A stretch of 64,000 nt of DNA from positions 10,726,001 to 10,790,000 of the forward strand of contig NC_092674.1 of NCBI RefSeq assembly GCF_964355755.1, given 5' to 3'. Of this stretch, positions 27,178 to 39,669 are shown in pieces (position 1 is the first letter of the stretch; every line of letters begins with the position of its first letter). A program made the position numbers and the translations under genes. This DNA comes from Antedon mediterranea. Its lineage: Eukaryota; Animalia; Echinodermata. The notes beneath the pieces were generated by a model that was given only the letters and a program-made list of their open reading frames with translations, was not told the origin of the DNA and did not search any database.

Positions 27178-27400
27178 TCTGGTCATCAAGCCTGGAACCT
27201 AAGGAAATTCAAATTTACCACAGACCCACGGCAGCCAGCAGTACAGCGGCTACTATCTACCAGATCAGCACACCGGGAGACAATCCCCTAATTTGTTCTA
27301 ATAGTGTACAAGTTCTTTAACATGCAATTTACACAGAACCAATAATTTTACATCCAAAGGACGAATGGAACAAGGACACCTAATCTTGGCATGTGCACAG
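27178..27400 (-). mobile_element. SINE with a Deu/Nin-like conserved domain
   Basis: Shares cagatcagcacaccgggagacaatcc...gttctttaa with 28217-28400. The minus strand reads ttaaagaac...ggggattgtctcccggtgtgctg, resembling the Deu/Nin SINE core. Confidence 0.55.
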
Positions 27401-28216
27401 TAACTTAGCATGACATGGTTGGTCATTGGGCCCTAATGATAGATACAACTGATTCAGATTCAATGAAAAATAAAATCTTATGTACATGTGAACACACAAT
27501 GAAATAATATTGGCAATATCTAAATAGTTTAAATAACATGAATAACTTTTATACAATAGATATGGCAAACAAAAGAATGGAGCTCTAGATCAGCTTGTAT
27601 GGGAGTTCTATATTATTGAGGCTAATATGAGAATTACCTGGATGAAAAAGATAATTGATGATGGACAGTATCTTGTTGTATATACTGTATTAAGAGAACT
27701 GAATAAATATAGAAAATGTGAGCTAAGCTGAATTATAAATCTTTGCATACAACCAAAACGTTTGACTCATGATTGTAGAATCTGACCTAACATTATTTAT
27801 GAGGAGAATACGTCACGTATACGATCACATAGAGACCACTGAGATGAAAGCGTGTGGGTCATGTGTTTGTAGTGTCCTTTCACGCATTGTCTGCTTGATA
27901 GTATGTAGTGTATATAAACAAACACCAACGCTCTACAACTGTTGTGACATTGTGTGTGCCGACAGATTGTGTGTGCTGACAGATTGTAAATCTGATGAAA
28001 GTACACTACATACATTCCTCTAGAGTACTGTATGTATTTACAATGTACTTAATATATGGTAACCTTTAACAGTACTTTTTGGTTTCTAGACCCGGTAATT
28101 CACTTTAATATCATGCAAACAGTTCACGAAATGAGATATCTCGGACACATGTTGAAAATTGATTAATGACTGGTCGTTGGTCCCTAATGATATTCATTAA
28201 TAAATTTAAATTGATT

Positions 28217-28400
28217 CTGGTCCTCAAGCTTAACTGGAAACTGAGAAAATTTGGATTAGGCCCTCCACAGACTCAGGGCAGCCAGCAGTGTAGGACCTAC
28301 CAGATCAGCACACCGGGAGACAATCCTTACTCTTTTCAAAGTTCTTTAATGTGCACTATAAATATATGTCCACGGTATCAATGGCTTTACATCATTACAT
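28217..28400 (-). mobile_element. SINE with a Deu/Nin-like domain (second copy)
   Basis: Minus strand ttaaagaactttgaaaagagtaaggattgtctcccggtgtgctg; homologous to 27178-27400. Confidence 0.55.
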
Positions 28401-28404
28401 AATT

Positions 28405-28590
28405 AGGATAGGAGAAACTGCTGACAGTATGTGAAAAGTAGAAGGAAGAATAGAAGAAGACATATGGTCAATCAATAACACTCAGCTCACCAACAAGAAT
28501 TTGCATATAACACGTAACAGGGAACTCTGGAGAACAAGGTTATCAACGTCTGCAACCAGTCATGATACCAGAAAAAGAAGAACCAGATCA
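28405..28590 (+). mobile_element. 3' remnant of an RTE-clade LINE
   Basis: Degenerate EKLLT..KVEGR and LHITRNRELWR...HDT, then an (AGA)n-like tail, typical of RTE ORF ends. Confidence 0.5.
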
Positions 28591-30554
28591 AGAACTTCAT
28601 TCTGTCTGTCTACCATTAAGGCTGTAAATGTGTGCTGTTTTATTCATGTATTCATCTTCGATCAGTTTCATTGCATGTTTACATGAACAATTAATTTAAT
28701 ATGAATGAATAGTGGACAATGGCCAAAGAAAATTTGAACGAATAATTAAACAATTTGAAATTCTATTTTACATTATGGGTTCAAATAAATTAGGGTTGTC
28801 TGCGAAACTTGATATTCGAGGAATGTCCACAGATAAATAGGCAATTAATCCTTTAACAATGTTTTTAATGATTGTCTAGATTTAGAATAGTAGGGCTTCT
28901 GGAGTTCAGAGTTGACCCACCAACTTTGCAGGGTAAACACTTTAGTACTGGATGTTTAGTTACATTACAGGTGTAAAAAAAAATATTTAGAGAATTATAT
29001 GCATCAAATGAAAATTTAAATTGTTATCCACGATATTCAGATTCCCCGACACCAATTTAGAAGACTTTTCACATATTAAACAATTTTCTTTGCAAGATGT
29101 TTCTTATTTTGTGTTTGATACACATTTGTTTTTTCCATGGCAAGATGGCGCCAACTGTGTTTTTCGGCATCAGATGTACTGAACTGGTTTCAATGAACTG
29201 TGATTTAATTTTATGTACCGTACTTTTTTTTTATGACTATTGGTGGACTTACATATAATAATTAATTCTACCTTAATGTATTGATAAGAGTTGACAGAGC
29301 CTTTCCGAGTCCAATTTATCCTACGTCAAAGATGGTATAATTTATTGTTTTAATTTAACTTGTAGCTATGTACATACATAGAAGACACCTAATGTTTATA
29401 TTTTCTGCTTATTCAACTTTAGATCAACACAATTACAAGATATCTATGTAAACCTTGTTTATTTCATCTGCTCATTGTGCAATACGGGAAGAAAATACCC
29501 TTTATCCTTATGTACAGTGAAAATTTATGTCAGAAGTAATTCATATTTGATTACGGTAGGTAATAGGCTCTTTTACATAAATTGTCAATTGTTTTATTCT
29601 ATCAAGAAGGATGCAAAATAAAGTAACACATAAAAAATAAACATGTCAGAACAAACCTGTGCCATGTAATTTTCTACAAAATTAAAAAATAAAACAAAAC
29701 ATGTATATTGGAAATAGGAATTATACCTGGACTGGCGTGTGGTCACAGCTGAAAAACTCATTTTTAACTTGAGCAATATCCATTGCTTTGAATGGCAGAT
29801 ATATTTTACCATAAAAAGTAGAACATCAGTTTCCAGTGATTTTAACTGTTATTTTGAACCAACTTTATGGGTATAGGCCTACAGTATAAGTAAAGTACAA
29901 TTTAAAAATCATTTTGATTACAGTATATAATGTCTAATAAAACGGATATATCTATCTATCACACCATATTTAACCATTTTTCTTTTTTGCAGCAGCAGAA
30001 TCAAATCCAGAGATACCATAATATATCTGCTTATAAAATAATTGATGGTTTATTATAATATATGTAAGCAGAAGTAGTAGCAACATTAGTAAGTGTAAAG
30101 TTACTGAATGACGGTATCAGATTTTGTAATTTTTTAAAATTGAATTAAACATCTAACAGAGGCACTGAAGCAAGCATGCAAATAGACTTGCCGATAACAG
30201 GACGACTAGCAAACTTTTCTACATCATTGCTTTCAACCCATTTGACAGACACGCACTACAAATAACATGCTGTGATGCTGATTTCATTATAAACATTATC
30301 ACTTTAAGTGTTATTTCATGTTGATACAGAGAGGGGAATTAATGACATGTATTTAATTTACTTCTTAGTGGGTCTTGTTTGACAAGATCTACTTGACGGA
30401 CTAAGTAAAGAAAATTCAAGTAGCATTAGATACACTAGGAATATATTTGTTGTGTTTCCTTATAAAGTTAAACCTGTGTTCACATGAGTTAATCATGCAT
30501 ACTACACAGTTAAGCTGATCCGAATTATATCAGAGTTTATAACCAACATATTAA

Positions 30555-31180
30555 AGCCCCATTCCCTACGTTTTTTAGATCTAATTTAAGATCACAAACT
30601 ATATTTAATGTAAAAATAATACTATATGGTCCTATTGCGATAACTTTTTTCGTCTTTAAACGGTTAAAAATGTGAAAAATAAGTCGATTCTAATAATTAT
30701 AGCGGCCCGCTATAAATCCCAAAATGCATTGCGCGCGGATTGATATTTTTGTTTTTCACCTGTAATTCGCCCACTTTTCGATCGATCGTGAGGCCAAAAC
30801 AAATGGAAGACTCCTAACTTTTCAGCGAAAATACCGGGTTTTCCCCAATTTTTATCAACGGAGTCTGGCAAAAATAGAAAGACAATTAATGCAGCAACTA
30901 TACAACGTCAGGCTAGGTATATAGCTCGGGTACGATGTTCGTACGTTACCGATGTTTACCAGCTAGGCCTACAAAACTAAGCCTAGCTAGGCTAGGCCTA
31001 AGACCGTCCACGAGAGGTCGATCGCCGCGAGCTACTTAGGTAGTGCATTGTTTCTCACATTTTATCATAATTTACCATAAAACGTACATTTAAGACAAGG
31101 AATGACATGGTTTAATGTTTTTAAAGTGATATATATGTATTATTTTCCAAAAAACGTCCAAAATTGCAGGGAAGGGGTCT
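30555..31180. mobile_element. Kolobok-like non-autonomous element, full length (626 bp)
   Basis: TTAA|agccccattccctac ... gcagggaaggggtct|TTAA (imperfect TIR). Near-identical copy at 46153-46771. Confidence 0.85.
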
Positions 31181-31776
31181 TTAAGTCCTTGTGTGATCAG
31201 ATAACTCTCTTATACATCTCTTACATACGTGTCTGATATAACTCAAATAGGTTTGGAGGACATCCAATGGATCTTTTTTCAATAGTTTTCAGAAGGTAAT
31301 GTTAGATAGGATTTATTTTTACAGGGGGCTCAAAACGAAAATATTGAGTACTTTGTGAGTGGGGCAAGCAACGATAGGCTGGTGGCCCTGGTCAGGTCCA
31401 GGGAGCAAGGGTCCAAGGGGCAAAGTCCCCGGGAGTTCAGCCGTTTTAGAACAATTTAGACATACCACAGTCTTCCTGTAAATTTCCTAAAATAATCACA
31501 AATTATTACAATATAATCCTTCTACATATAACTATGTAACTACACATTTTGGTCCCTGTAACTTGATACAGCTTATATATCCGCAAGAAAAATAAGTTTG
31601 TGAATTAGACATTTTACTATACTGTATACATACTTTCCACCAGATTGAAACAGGAATTTAACGAAATTTTTGAATTTAAACATTTAGCAATTAGCTTAAC
31701 TAGTAAAGTAAATAGCGAAAAAAAAAACATGTAAACATAGACAATGTTGGTTTCCTCCAATTTGTATTAACAGATA

Positions 31777-32060
31777 CTGGCAAAAACAGAAAGACAATTA
31801 ATGCAGCAACTAGACAACGTGCCTATACCTAGCGTACGATGTTCCTACGTCGCTGTTGTTTATCAGTTAGGCCTGCAAAACTATAAGCCTACCTAGGCTT
31901 TAGGCCTAAGACCGTCCACGAGAGGGCATTCACCGCAAGCTTTGTAGGTTGTTCATTGTTTCTCTCTTTTTATCATAATTTACCATAAAACGTACATTTA
32001 AGAAAGGAAATGACCTGGTTTAATGTTTACAAAACGTCAACAATTGTAGGAAATGGGTCT
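31777..32060. mobile_element. Diverged right half of the same Kolobok-like family
   Basis: ctggcaaaaacagaaagacaattaatgcagcaact ... gtaggaaatgggtct|TTAA aligns with about 30865-31180. Confidence 0.8.
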
Positions 32061-32178
32061 TTAACTGTTTACTACTTGATAGAATTAGAAAAACTTCGCC
32101 ACAGTATTGCTATAATTTTTTTTCAATAAAGATGTATAATAATATAATATCTATTTATGAGAATATAATTTCTGGTCA

Positions 32179-32526
32179 ATAAATGTTATTACATTTTTGT
32201 TCAATGCTGCCCTCTGAAACATAAAACTAAATTAGATTACCCCTTAATGTAATTTATGTCCTGAATGCATCACCTAAAACCCTAGTTAAGTGCGAAAAAT
32301 ATCAGATGTATAATGACATTGTTTAAGATAAAAACGTATGTCTGTATTTTTGATAAATGTTATTACATTTTTGTTCAATGCTGCCCTCTGGACTTAAAAC
32401 TAAATTAGATTACCCTTAATGTAATTTATGTCCTGAATGCATCACCTAAAACCCTAGTTAAGTGCGAAAAATATCAGATGTATAATGACATTGTTTAAGA
32501 TAAAAATGTATGTCTGCATTTTTGAT
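32179..32526. repeat. Direct tandem duplication of about 174 bp
   Basis: ataaatgttattacatttttgttcaatgctgccctctg starts at 32179 and at 32353; the copies are nearly identical. Confidence 0.92.
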
Positions 32527-33589
32527 TATGTCATGAATAGAACGGGTACAATTTCACCTAGAAATCGTTAGTCCGACACAAGATACACAATCTGATAAAG
32601 ATGCTTAGAGAGCACTGTCCGCACAAATGATATTAATCATTGGTGATAATATCTATATGTCGATCACAGCATACTGCACATATCTTTAACATATAAAATC
32701 TTATATTAAAAGTCTACTTGTGAGTCACATTGTACTACATGTATATGTACCGGAATACTATGTTTTATTATTATAATTCAGCATAAAATGAAAGAAGTTG
32801 GTTTGTTTCTGCTCAGCGATTAACCGAAAAAAAACAACAGATTACTTTTAAAGTTTCAACTTTGTTTTGGTGTCTTATGGACATTGTGGCCAGGAGTGCC
32901 ATTTGGTGGTAGATTACATAAAGAAAGTTAATACAAAATACGTATTCATTATCATGTTATCATTTGTGTATTATTTTATAAATGTATCAGTTTATTTTAA
33001 AATTTTTATTTCATATCAATCAATATTATACCAAAAATGATTGACCCTTCAAAGTTATTATTTTGGCGGCTTATCAGATTAAACAGCATTAAACAACAAG
33101 ACCCAACCTTGACTGGTAGTACCACATGATTTTGGCCATGTGAAACTTGCCCCACTCAATACTTTGCAAATGCTATGGGTTCAACCGAGTAAATCTATAA
33201 ATAAATTGCAATAATATTTTATTAGGACAATTGTCCAAGGGTAAATGTAATCAGCTCATCATTTGTTACTCTTGGTTGTTGCGCTTGATTTAATTCAGAA
33301 TGATTTTCATGCATCTTCTGGGACTTTGTTATGATTAGGTTCATCAGTCGTGAGCTTCCCAAGATGGATCGCTCAGATCTACTTTGATGTATATCTAATA
33401 GTAATCTATTTTAAAAACAGATATATACATAAATATAAAATAATTTATACTATCAGTAGCTTATTTAGTAGATTTTAGCCAACAGCTATAAGACTGGATT
33501 TTAAAGTGACAGTTATTATAAAGTATTTACTGACATGAATTAAAAGAATTGATTCTATAATATTCTAAATATTAATGGTGTTGATCTAA

Positions 33590-34050
33590 GATGTTGATAA
33601 TATTGATAGATGATGTTGATGGAGGATCAACATTGATGACATAGAGAAGATGGTGGTGAAGATGAAGATGAAAAAAAAAGAGGTAAAATTTATGAAAAAA
33701 AATAGCGAAGATGATGACGATCAAAAAATAGTGGTGACAATGACGAAAATTAGGAAAAAAAATTAGCAGTGATGATGAAAAATAGTGGTAAAGATGATGA
33801 TGAAAAATAGTGGTAAAGATGATGATGAAAATATAGTTGTGAAGATGATGATGAAAAAATAGCTGTGAAGATGATGATGAAAAATAGCGGTAAAGATGAT
33901 GATGAGAAAATAGTGGTAAAGATGATGACAAAAATAGCAGTGAAGATGATCACAAAAATAACGGTGAAGATAATGAAGAAAAATTAGCAGTGATGATGAA
34001 AAAATAACGGTGAAGATGATTATGAAAAAATAGCGGTGAAGATGATGACA
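33590..34050. repeat. Degenerate (GAT)n-derived minisatellite (aaaatagtggtaaagatgatgatg-like units)
   Basis: Visible tandem units; source of the poly-His/Ser/Ile ORFs in three minus-strand frames. Confidence 0.85.
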
Positions 34051-35462
34051 GACAATTCGACTACTGTAGATATCTTTTTTTAAATTTAAAAACATGGCAA
34101 AGGCAGGTCTAGAAACCATGCTTCTCCTATGCTAGTCTGATTACTTACCTTTATGCCATATATAAACAAATTAATTTATCAAATAATTTAACATAAAAAA
34201 ACTATAACACTTTAATATTTAATACAATTTTAACCTACATTCAGTAGTCAATTAATTGAAATTTATAAGGAATTTCAGTACATGTTATGATGTACAGACA
34301 TTACAATCTAATTACTAAATGCTTTTATGAAATTTAGTAAATTTTTTAAGTGAAATTTTGAAATTTTGTAGTACAATTACCTTATCATAGAAACTAAAAA
34401 TTAGATAATTGAGAATTTATGCAAGACTATTTTGAAGCTAACCCATATTCAATTCGTCTTCTTAATTAAGGTAATTGTTGTTGCATTGAGCAATGGTATC
34501 CCATGAGGCCCTGTTGACGAAATCTTATGAGCTACAAACTATGGAAATCGGGAAATGATCTAATGATAATATCAATCAATGATGGGTACATTATTATAAA
34601 ATGCAATAAAATATTAACAGTTTAATATAATTATTAATAACAGTTGAGAAAACTAAGTACATTTTTGTAATTTTAATTTCTATCAAATATTCTAGCATGT
34701 ATGAGCATGGAACCTCACTTTTGAAAAGAAAGAAATTATATTTACAATACAACAGATAAAAAATAAATAAAATAAATAAACATTTTTTACATGGTTATAT
34801 TGAGTATAGCTCAGTGAAAGTTTTTAAAACTTTGGACAAATTTGAATCAGCAACAACCTCTTGCACATATTTTGTACAGGTGCAGTCAATATGCTAATTA
34901 GGTATTGAATCAATAAAAAAATATTACTATTTAAATATTTCATAATATTTTTCAATAATTTTGCGACTTCTTTAAAGGCTATAATGCACAAACCGATATT
35001 TCAAATCCATCCATTTAAAAAATCATCTTAAAATCATAAAAACAAAAGGTATTGGATCAATAGAGTAGACATACATCTGGTCCTGAAATCAAGTTTTTCT
35101 CTATAATACAAATGATTACTATTACAATATGCAATGATAAAATGTACATACTGAGCATATACTTCATATTATCAACATAATTGAAATCAATAAAACTAGA
35201 TTGGAAGGTCACAATACTGAAACATATCTCAAATGAAATTGCTTTAATATGCTTCTGAATTTAAAATACAACTCTAAAGTATACATGCATTATCAGGGTC
35301 AATTTCTTTACAAGTCAGTCGATAAACATTTTGCATTACTAAGTCCTTAACATCTGTGAAATATCACTGATGATATCACTCTAAAAAACTTAAATATTTT
35401 TCTTTCAAAATTGAGCACATACTTTTTTGATTTTGACTTGTTACTATTATTTCAGTGATTAT

Positions 35463-36410
35463 ACTGTGGCGCTTGTTTCATTTATGGTGCTTGTTTGATT
35501 ATGGCGATTATTTAATTATACCATTTGTATGACTGTGGCTCTTGGACTATGGCGGTTATAAGACTGTGGCGCTTATTCGACTGTGACGATTATTCGACTG
35601 TGACGATTATTCGACTGTGGCGCTTATTCGACTGTGGCGCTTATTCGACTGTGGCGCTTATTCGACTGTGGCGCTTATTCGACTGTGACGATTATTCGAC
35701 TGTGACAATTATTCGACTGTGGCGCTTATTCGACTGTGGCGCTTATTCGACTGTGGTGCTTATTCAACTGTGGTGCTTATTCAACTGTGGTGCTTATTCA
35801 ACTGTGGTACCTGTGGTGCTTATTTGCCTGTGGTGCTTATTTGACTGTGGTGCTTATTTGACTGTGGTGCTTGTGGTGCTTATTTGACTGTGGTGCCTGT
35901 GGTACTAATTTGACTGTGGTGCCTGTGGTACTTATTTGACTGTGGCGCTTATTTGACTGTGGTGCCTGTGGTTCTTATTTGACTGTGGTGCCTATGGTGC
36001 TAATTTGACTGTGGTACTTATTTGACTGTGGTGCCTGTGGTTCTTATTTGACTGTGGTGCCTGTGGTTCTTATTTTACTGTGGTGCCTGTGGTGCTAATT
36101 TGACTGTGGTGCTTATTTGACTGTGGTGCCTGTGGTGCTTATTTGACTGTGGTGCTTATTTTACTCTGGTGCTTACTGTGGTGCCTGTGGTGCTTATTTG
36201 ACTGTGGTGCTTATTCAACCGTGGTGCTTATTCGAATGTGGTGACTGTGGTATTTATTTGACTTTGATGACTGTGCCACTTATTTGACTGTGCCACTTAT
36301 TTGACTGTGCCACTTATTTGACTGTGCCACTTATTTGACTGTGCCACTTATTTGACTGTGATGCTTATTTTGCTGTGGTTTTTATTTGACTGTGATTTTC
36401 ACTGTAGTTA
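35463..36410. repeat. 17-bp minisatellite (ggcgcttattcgactgt)n with 9-bp ctgtggtgc sub-insertions
   Basis: Regular copies at 35565-35800, then variants gcttatttgactgtggt and cacttatttgactgtgc in successive blocks. Confidence 0.93.
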
Positions 36411-36419
36411 TTTGTGTAG

Positions 36420-36600
36420 TTGGTCACCTCCAGACCAACCCAGAGCAAAGATTATTTGGAAGACCCGCATTTATGTGAATTTCTGGAAAAGGATATAGGC
36501 TTCACTGTAGAAGAATGGAGAATGTATAGGATAGGAAGGAATGGAAGTCCATTATTGGAGTCTTCAGAAAACACTGGAAGATAGTGTAATTATTAGTGAT
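36420..36600 (+). mobile_element. 3' remnant of an RTE/RTE-X-like LINE
   Basis: With frameshifts reads RPTQSK..GRPA..EFLEKDIGFTVEE...DRKEWKSII, like the GRP..Y...L.KD.G...EE....DR..W C-terminus of RTE ORFs. Confidence 0.45.
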
Positions 36601-37731
36601 CATATCAATAAACTGGATTTTAAACGCCTGATGTTTAAAGCAAACCAGCAAAGCATTCAGTGTTCTGATTGGACAGCATTGACTGGCACAAACACCTGTT
36701 GTATAAATCACTGATGCAATCTTTCACACAGACAATGTTTGCTTGCGGGTGACACAGACAGTGTGACAGATTCTACCGTGTTCAGAATACAATTTCCCAA
36801 GATGCTGTTAGGCTTCCATTAACCCTCACCCTAGCACACGGTTACCGTCAATAAATGTCAAGTTTTGATAATTTCAAAGCTTTATATTTATGTTAATTAT
36901 ATTCAATTTTCAATTACTTTTCAATTCAATTTACTTTTATTTATTTCCACAAAAATAGTGCCAGGTAAAATAACAAAACTTTGGCCAGCCAAGATTTTAT
37001 ATTTTGTTTCAATTACCACCATATTCATAGTTTCATTATAAAATATTATACAGGGTTTGTGAAAGAAAATCTTATTTTGTGAATTGTACTGAAATAAAAT
37101 TAGGTTCATTTCTCTTTTGCAATACATTCCATCAAAACTTTATACTGCAAGATGTTTGAGTAAATAAGTAAATATCCTAGGAAATGTAAAAACAACAATA
37201 CAAAATTATGTACATAAGTTTAGTATTAGCCAAGAAGCCTGCATCTTGTAATTCAATCCAACAATTGTAATGAACATTGCTATCAAAAACACTTCAAACT
37301 CATTGTAACCTGCTACGCATTGCTGGTAGATTAACATGGCAAAAGTCCCATAGAAGTTAAGCAATATTATTATAAATGCAAGACACAGGATTCAAAAGTC
37401 ACTGGGTATAAACAATTATTGTATTGTAATAACTTTCCTGATAATGATGATGATGATGAAAACTTGGAATCTAAAATTCCCCCTCTTTATTTATCTCAAT
37501 TTCTTTACAATAAAGTCAATTAAGAACATCAACTTGTTTATAACTTCATTTATCACTATTTTCAATTCCTTCAAAAATTAGTATTTATATAAAAGTATAT
37601 GGAACTATCAAACTAATGTTCTTCTAGGGCCTATTCAAGCTTTCATTATTTACCCAGGTAAGTCGGTGACCTACCCAAAAAAGTTAGTGATAATTGGCCC
37701 ATGAAACCAACTTACTCAGGTAAATTACAAC

Positions 37732-37761
37732 CATGGAGGTATAAAAATGTATACCTCCATG
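37732..37761. mobile_element. 30-bp P-element-like TIR pair (probable excision footprint)
   Basis: catggaggtata-aaaatg-tatacctccatg flanked by ttacaac/ctacaac (7-bp TSD with one mismatch). Confidence 0.7.
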
Positions 37762-37954
37762 CTACAACTAAGGCCTTTAGAGAGAAGCAGAACAGATAAA
37801 ACGTTTTGGAAACAAAATAAGTCTTACTGGTTAATAGTCAAACAATCAAGGTGTAAACTATTTTAAAACACATCTTGAGAAATTTGAAGCATACAACCAC
37901 AAGGAAGAACTCACAAACTGAAACTGGTTTTTAGTCTAAAAATAAAGGTATAAG

Positions 37955-38090
37955 GTACTCTGTCTACACTATCAAACTAGTTTGACGTGCCCAAATATAG
38001 TAGTGATATGTCCAAATATGGTACTGATATGACATCACTGTGTCCATATATGGGCACATTTACATTTTTTTGATAGTGTAAACAGAGCAT
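37955..38090. mobile_element. MITE of the 8703-8863 family, opposite internal orientation
   Basis: ctctgtctacactatcaaa ... tttgatagtgtaaacagag. Internal gtgcccaaatatagtagtg is the reverse complement of cactaccatatttgggcac in the first copy. Confidence 0.7.
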
Positions 38091-38509
38091 TAGGGAGAAA
38101 TTTGCTCTGCTTGAACCTTAAGAATCTGTGTAGAAAAATATATATTATCTTTTTATATTGGTACTATAATATGAATGCTAATAATTCATCACAAAAATTG
38201 GCATTGAATCTAACGTTCATTACATGGTGACATTAATCAATTGATCATTGTCAAAATTAATTTGAAATTGAAAGCAAAATGGGGTTTCACTTTAAAAATC
38301 AAGAATCAATTTTTATAAAATGTATGACATGATTTTAATAGAAAACAGTAATAGTTTTTTCTTCATTTATGAATGTATGACCATGGTATAATCCCATGCT
38401 CGTGAATACTCACACCCCCTAATTGAGACAAATGTAAATTCTTTAGTAAATCAAATCACATATAAATCAATTCCAGTATAATCCAATCACCTAAAATTTG
38501 CAGCCTACA

Positions 38510-38790
38510 TAATAATAATAATAATAATAATAATAAATGAAAACTTATATAGCGCCGGTATCCTCCACCCATGTGGCGCTCATGGCGCTTTGTGCATTAA
38601 CAACGTGCGAGAACATCAGCGAATAGCGACGTCTTTAGGTTGGTCTTGAAACTGTTTAGACTAGTTGAGCATTTAACTGTTGCTGGTAAGCTGTTCCATA
38701 CACTTGCGGCCGTAAAAACGTAAAAAGATCTCTGACCCCACTGATTTTTCGCTCTACGCTCTTGAAGAAGGTTTTGTGACATGAAGACTG
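38510..38790 (-). mobile_element. 3' end of an L2-clade LINE (5'-truncated)
   Basis: ORF 38597-38809 contains WGQRSF...AASVWNSLPATVKCSTSLNSFKTNLKTSLF, the classic L2/CR1 ORF2 C-terminus. It is followed by an agcgcc...ggcgct stem-loop, atataag and a (TTA)n tail. Confidence 0.85.
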
Positions 38791-38871
38791 GTGGAAAATA
38801 ATGTGACAAAATGTTCTAGATTGTGATTCTAAATCTTGTCACCCTAATGTAGTAATTAATAAGTTAACAAT

Positions 38872-39290
38872 CAGGGGCGGATCTAGGATTTTAATAAAGA
38901 GGGGGCCGATATGGGAAAAATAATCGTCTAGGGGGGTCCGAGAAAATTTTTTTCTAGACGCCCGGAGATAGCATCTGAGGCGTTTTGGCCAGTCGATTCT
39001 TGTCATATAATTATCTAAATATAGTGGGTTTTATAGACCATATTTGATAGCTTATATGGAACTTTTTTTTTTTGCGGCTAAAGCCTGTTTTCCAGTCGCA
39101 AATTTTTACACTATTTGATTGGTCAGTCAGTTTTACCGATCGTAACGTTATAAGTTGAACTCGGTTCAACTTTAAAAAAAATTGATTTTAACGATTTTTA
39201 ATGTTGATTTGTACCCCCTTTTCCTGTAAAATCGTATGTAAATAGGCCCCAGCCCCTCCCCCCCCCCCCCCCGCCCTAAATCCGCCCCTG
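38872..39290. mobile_element. hAT-like MITE with 5-bp TSD
   Basis: ACAAT|caggggcggatctagg ... cctaaatccgcccctg|ACAAT; 16-bp TIR with one mismatch. Confidence 0.8.
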
Positions 39291-39461
39291 ACAATTGTGA
39301 ATGCAAGTAGTAACAATAATAATTGAAAAGACATCAGACTGACAAGCCAATAAGAAATTCACAATCAAAATCTTATTAAATCATCCTTAAAATAAAAGGT
39401 AAACATTTTGTATTCTGTTTTTTTGTATTTTGAAATCAAAAAATGTCGTTCAATCAAAATA

Positions 39462-39669
39462 CCGTAAAACCTCAAAAGCCCACTGGGCTAAAAAGCCCAA
39501 ATAAAAAAAAAAAGAAAACCTGATGTGCTTTCCAAAAGTGATCTCGAAAATAAGACCATCTAAAAAGTAAGCCCACTCGGTCTTTTTTCGCAAAAGTAAT
39601 CTGGGAAGGAAGTCCACCCTATAAATTCCTTTAAAAAAAGCCCATAGGCTTCTTTTCAAAGTTTTACAG
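39462..39669. mobile_element. Degenerate pogo/Tc1-like MITE
   Basis: TA|ccgtaaaac ... gttttacag|TA with internal aagccca repeats. Confidence 0.5.

Noticed and set aside
29140-29165. tggcgcca primer-binding-site-like word suggesting an LTR element
   Set aside because: No LTR pair, TG...CA termini or gag/pol ORF nearby.
33572-34119. His/Ser/Ile-rich ORFs
   Set aside because: They are translations of a (GAT)n-derived repeat in three overlapping frames.
35525-35887. 120-aa repetitive ORF
   Set aside because: Product of the 17-bp minisatellite (three units = 51 bp). No start context or homology.
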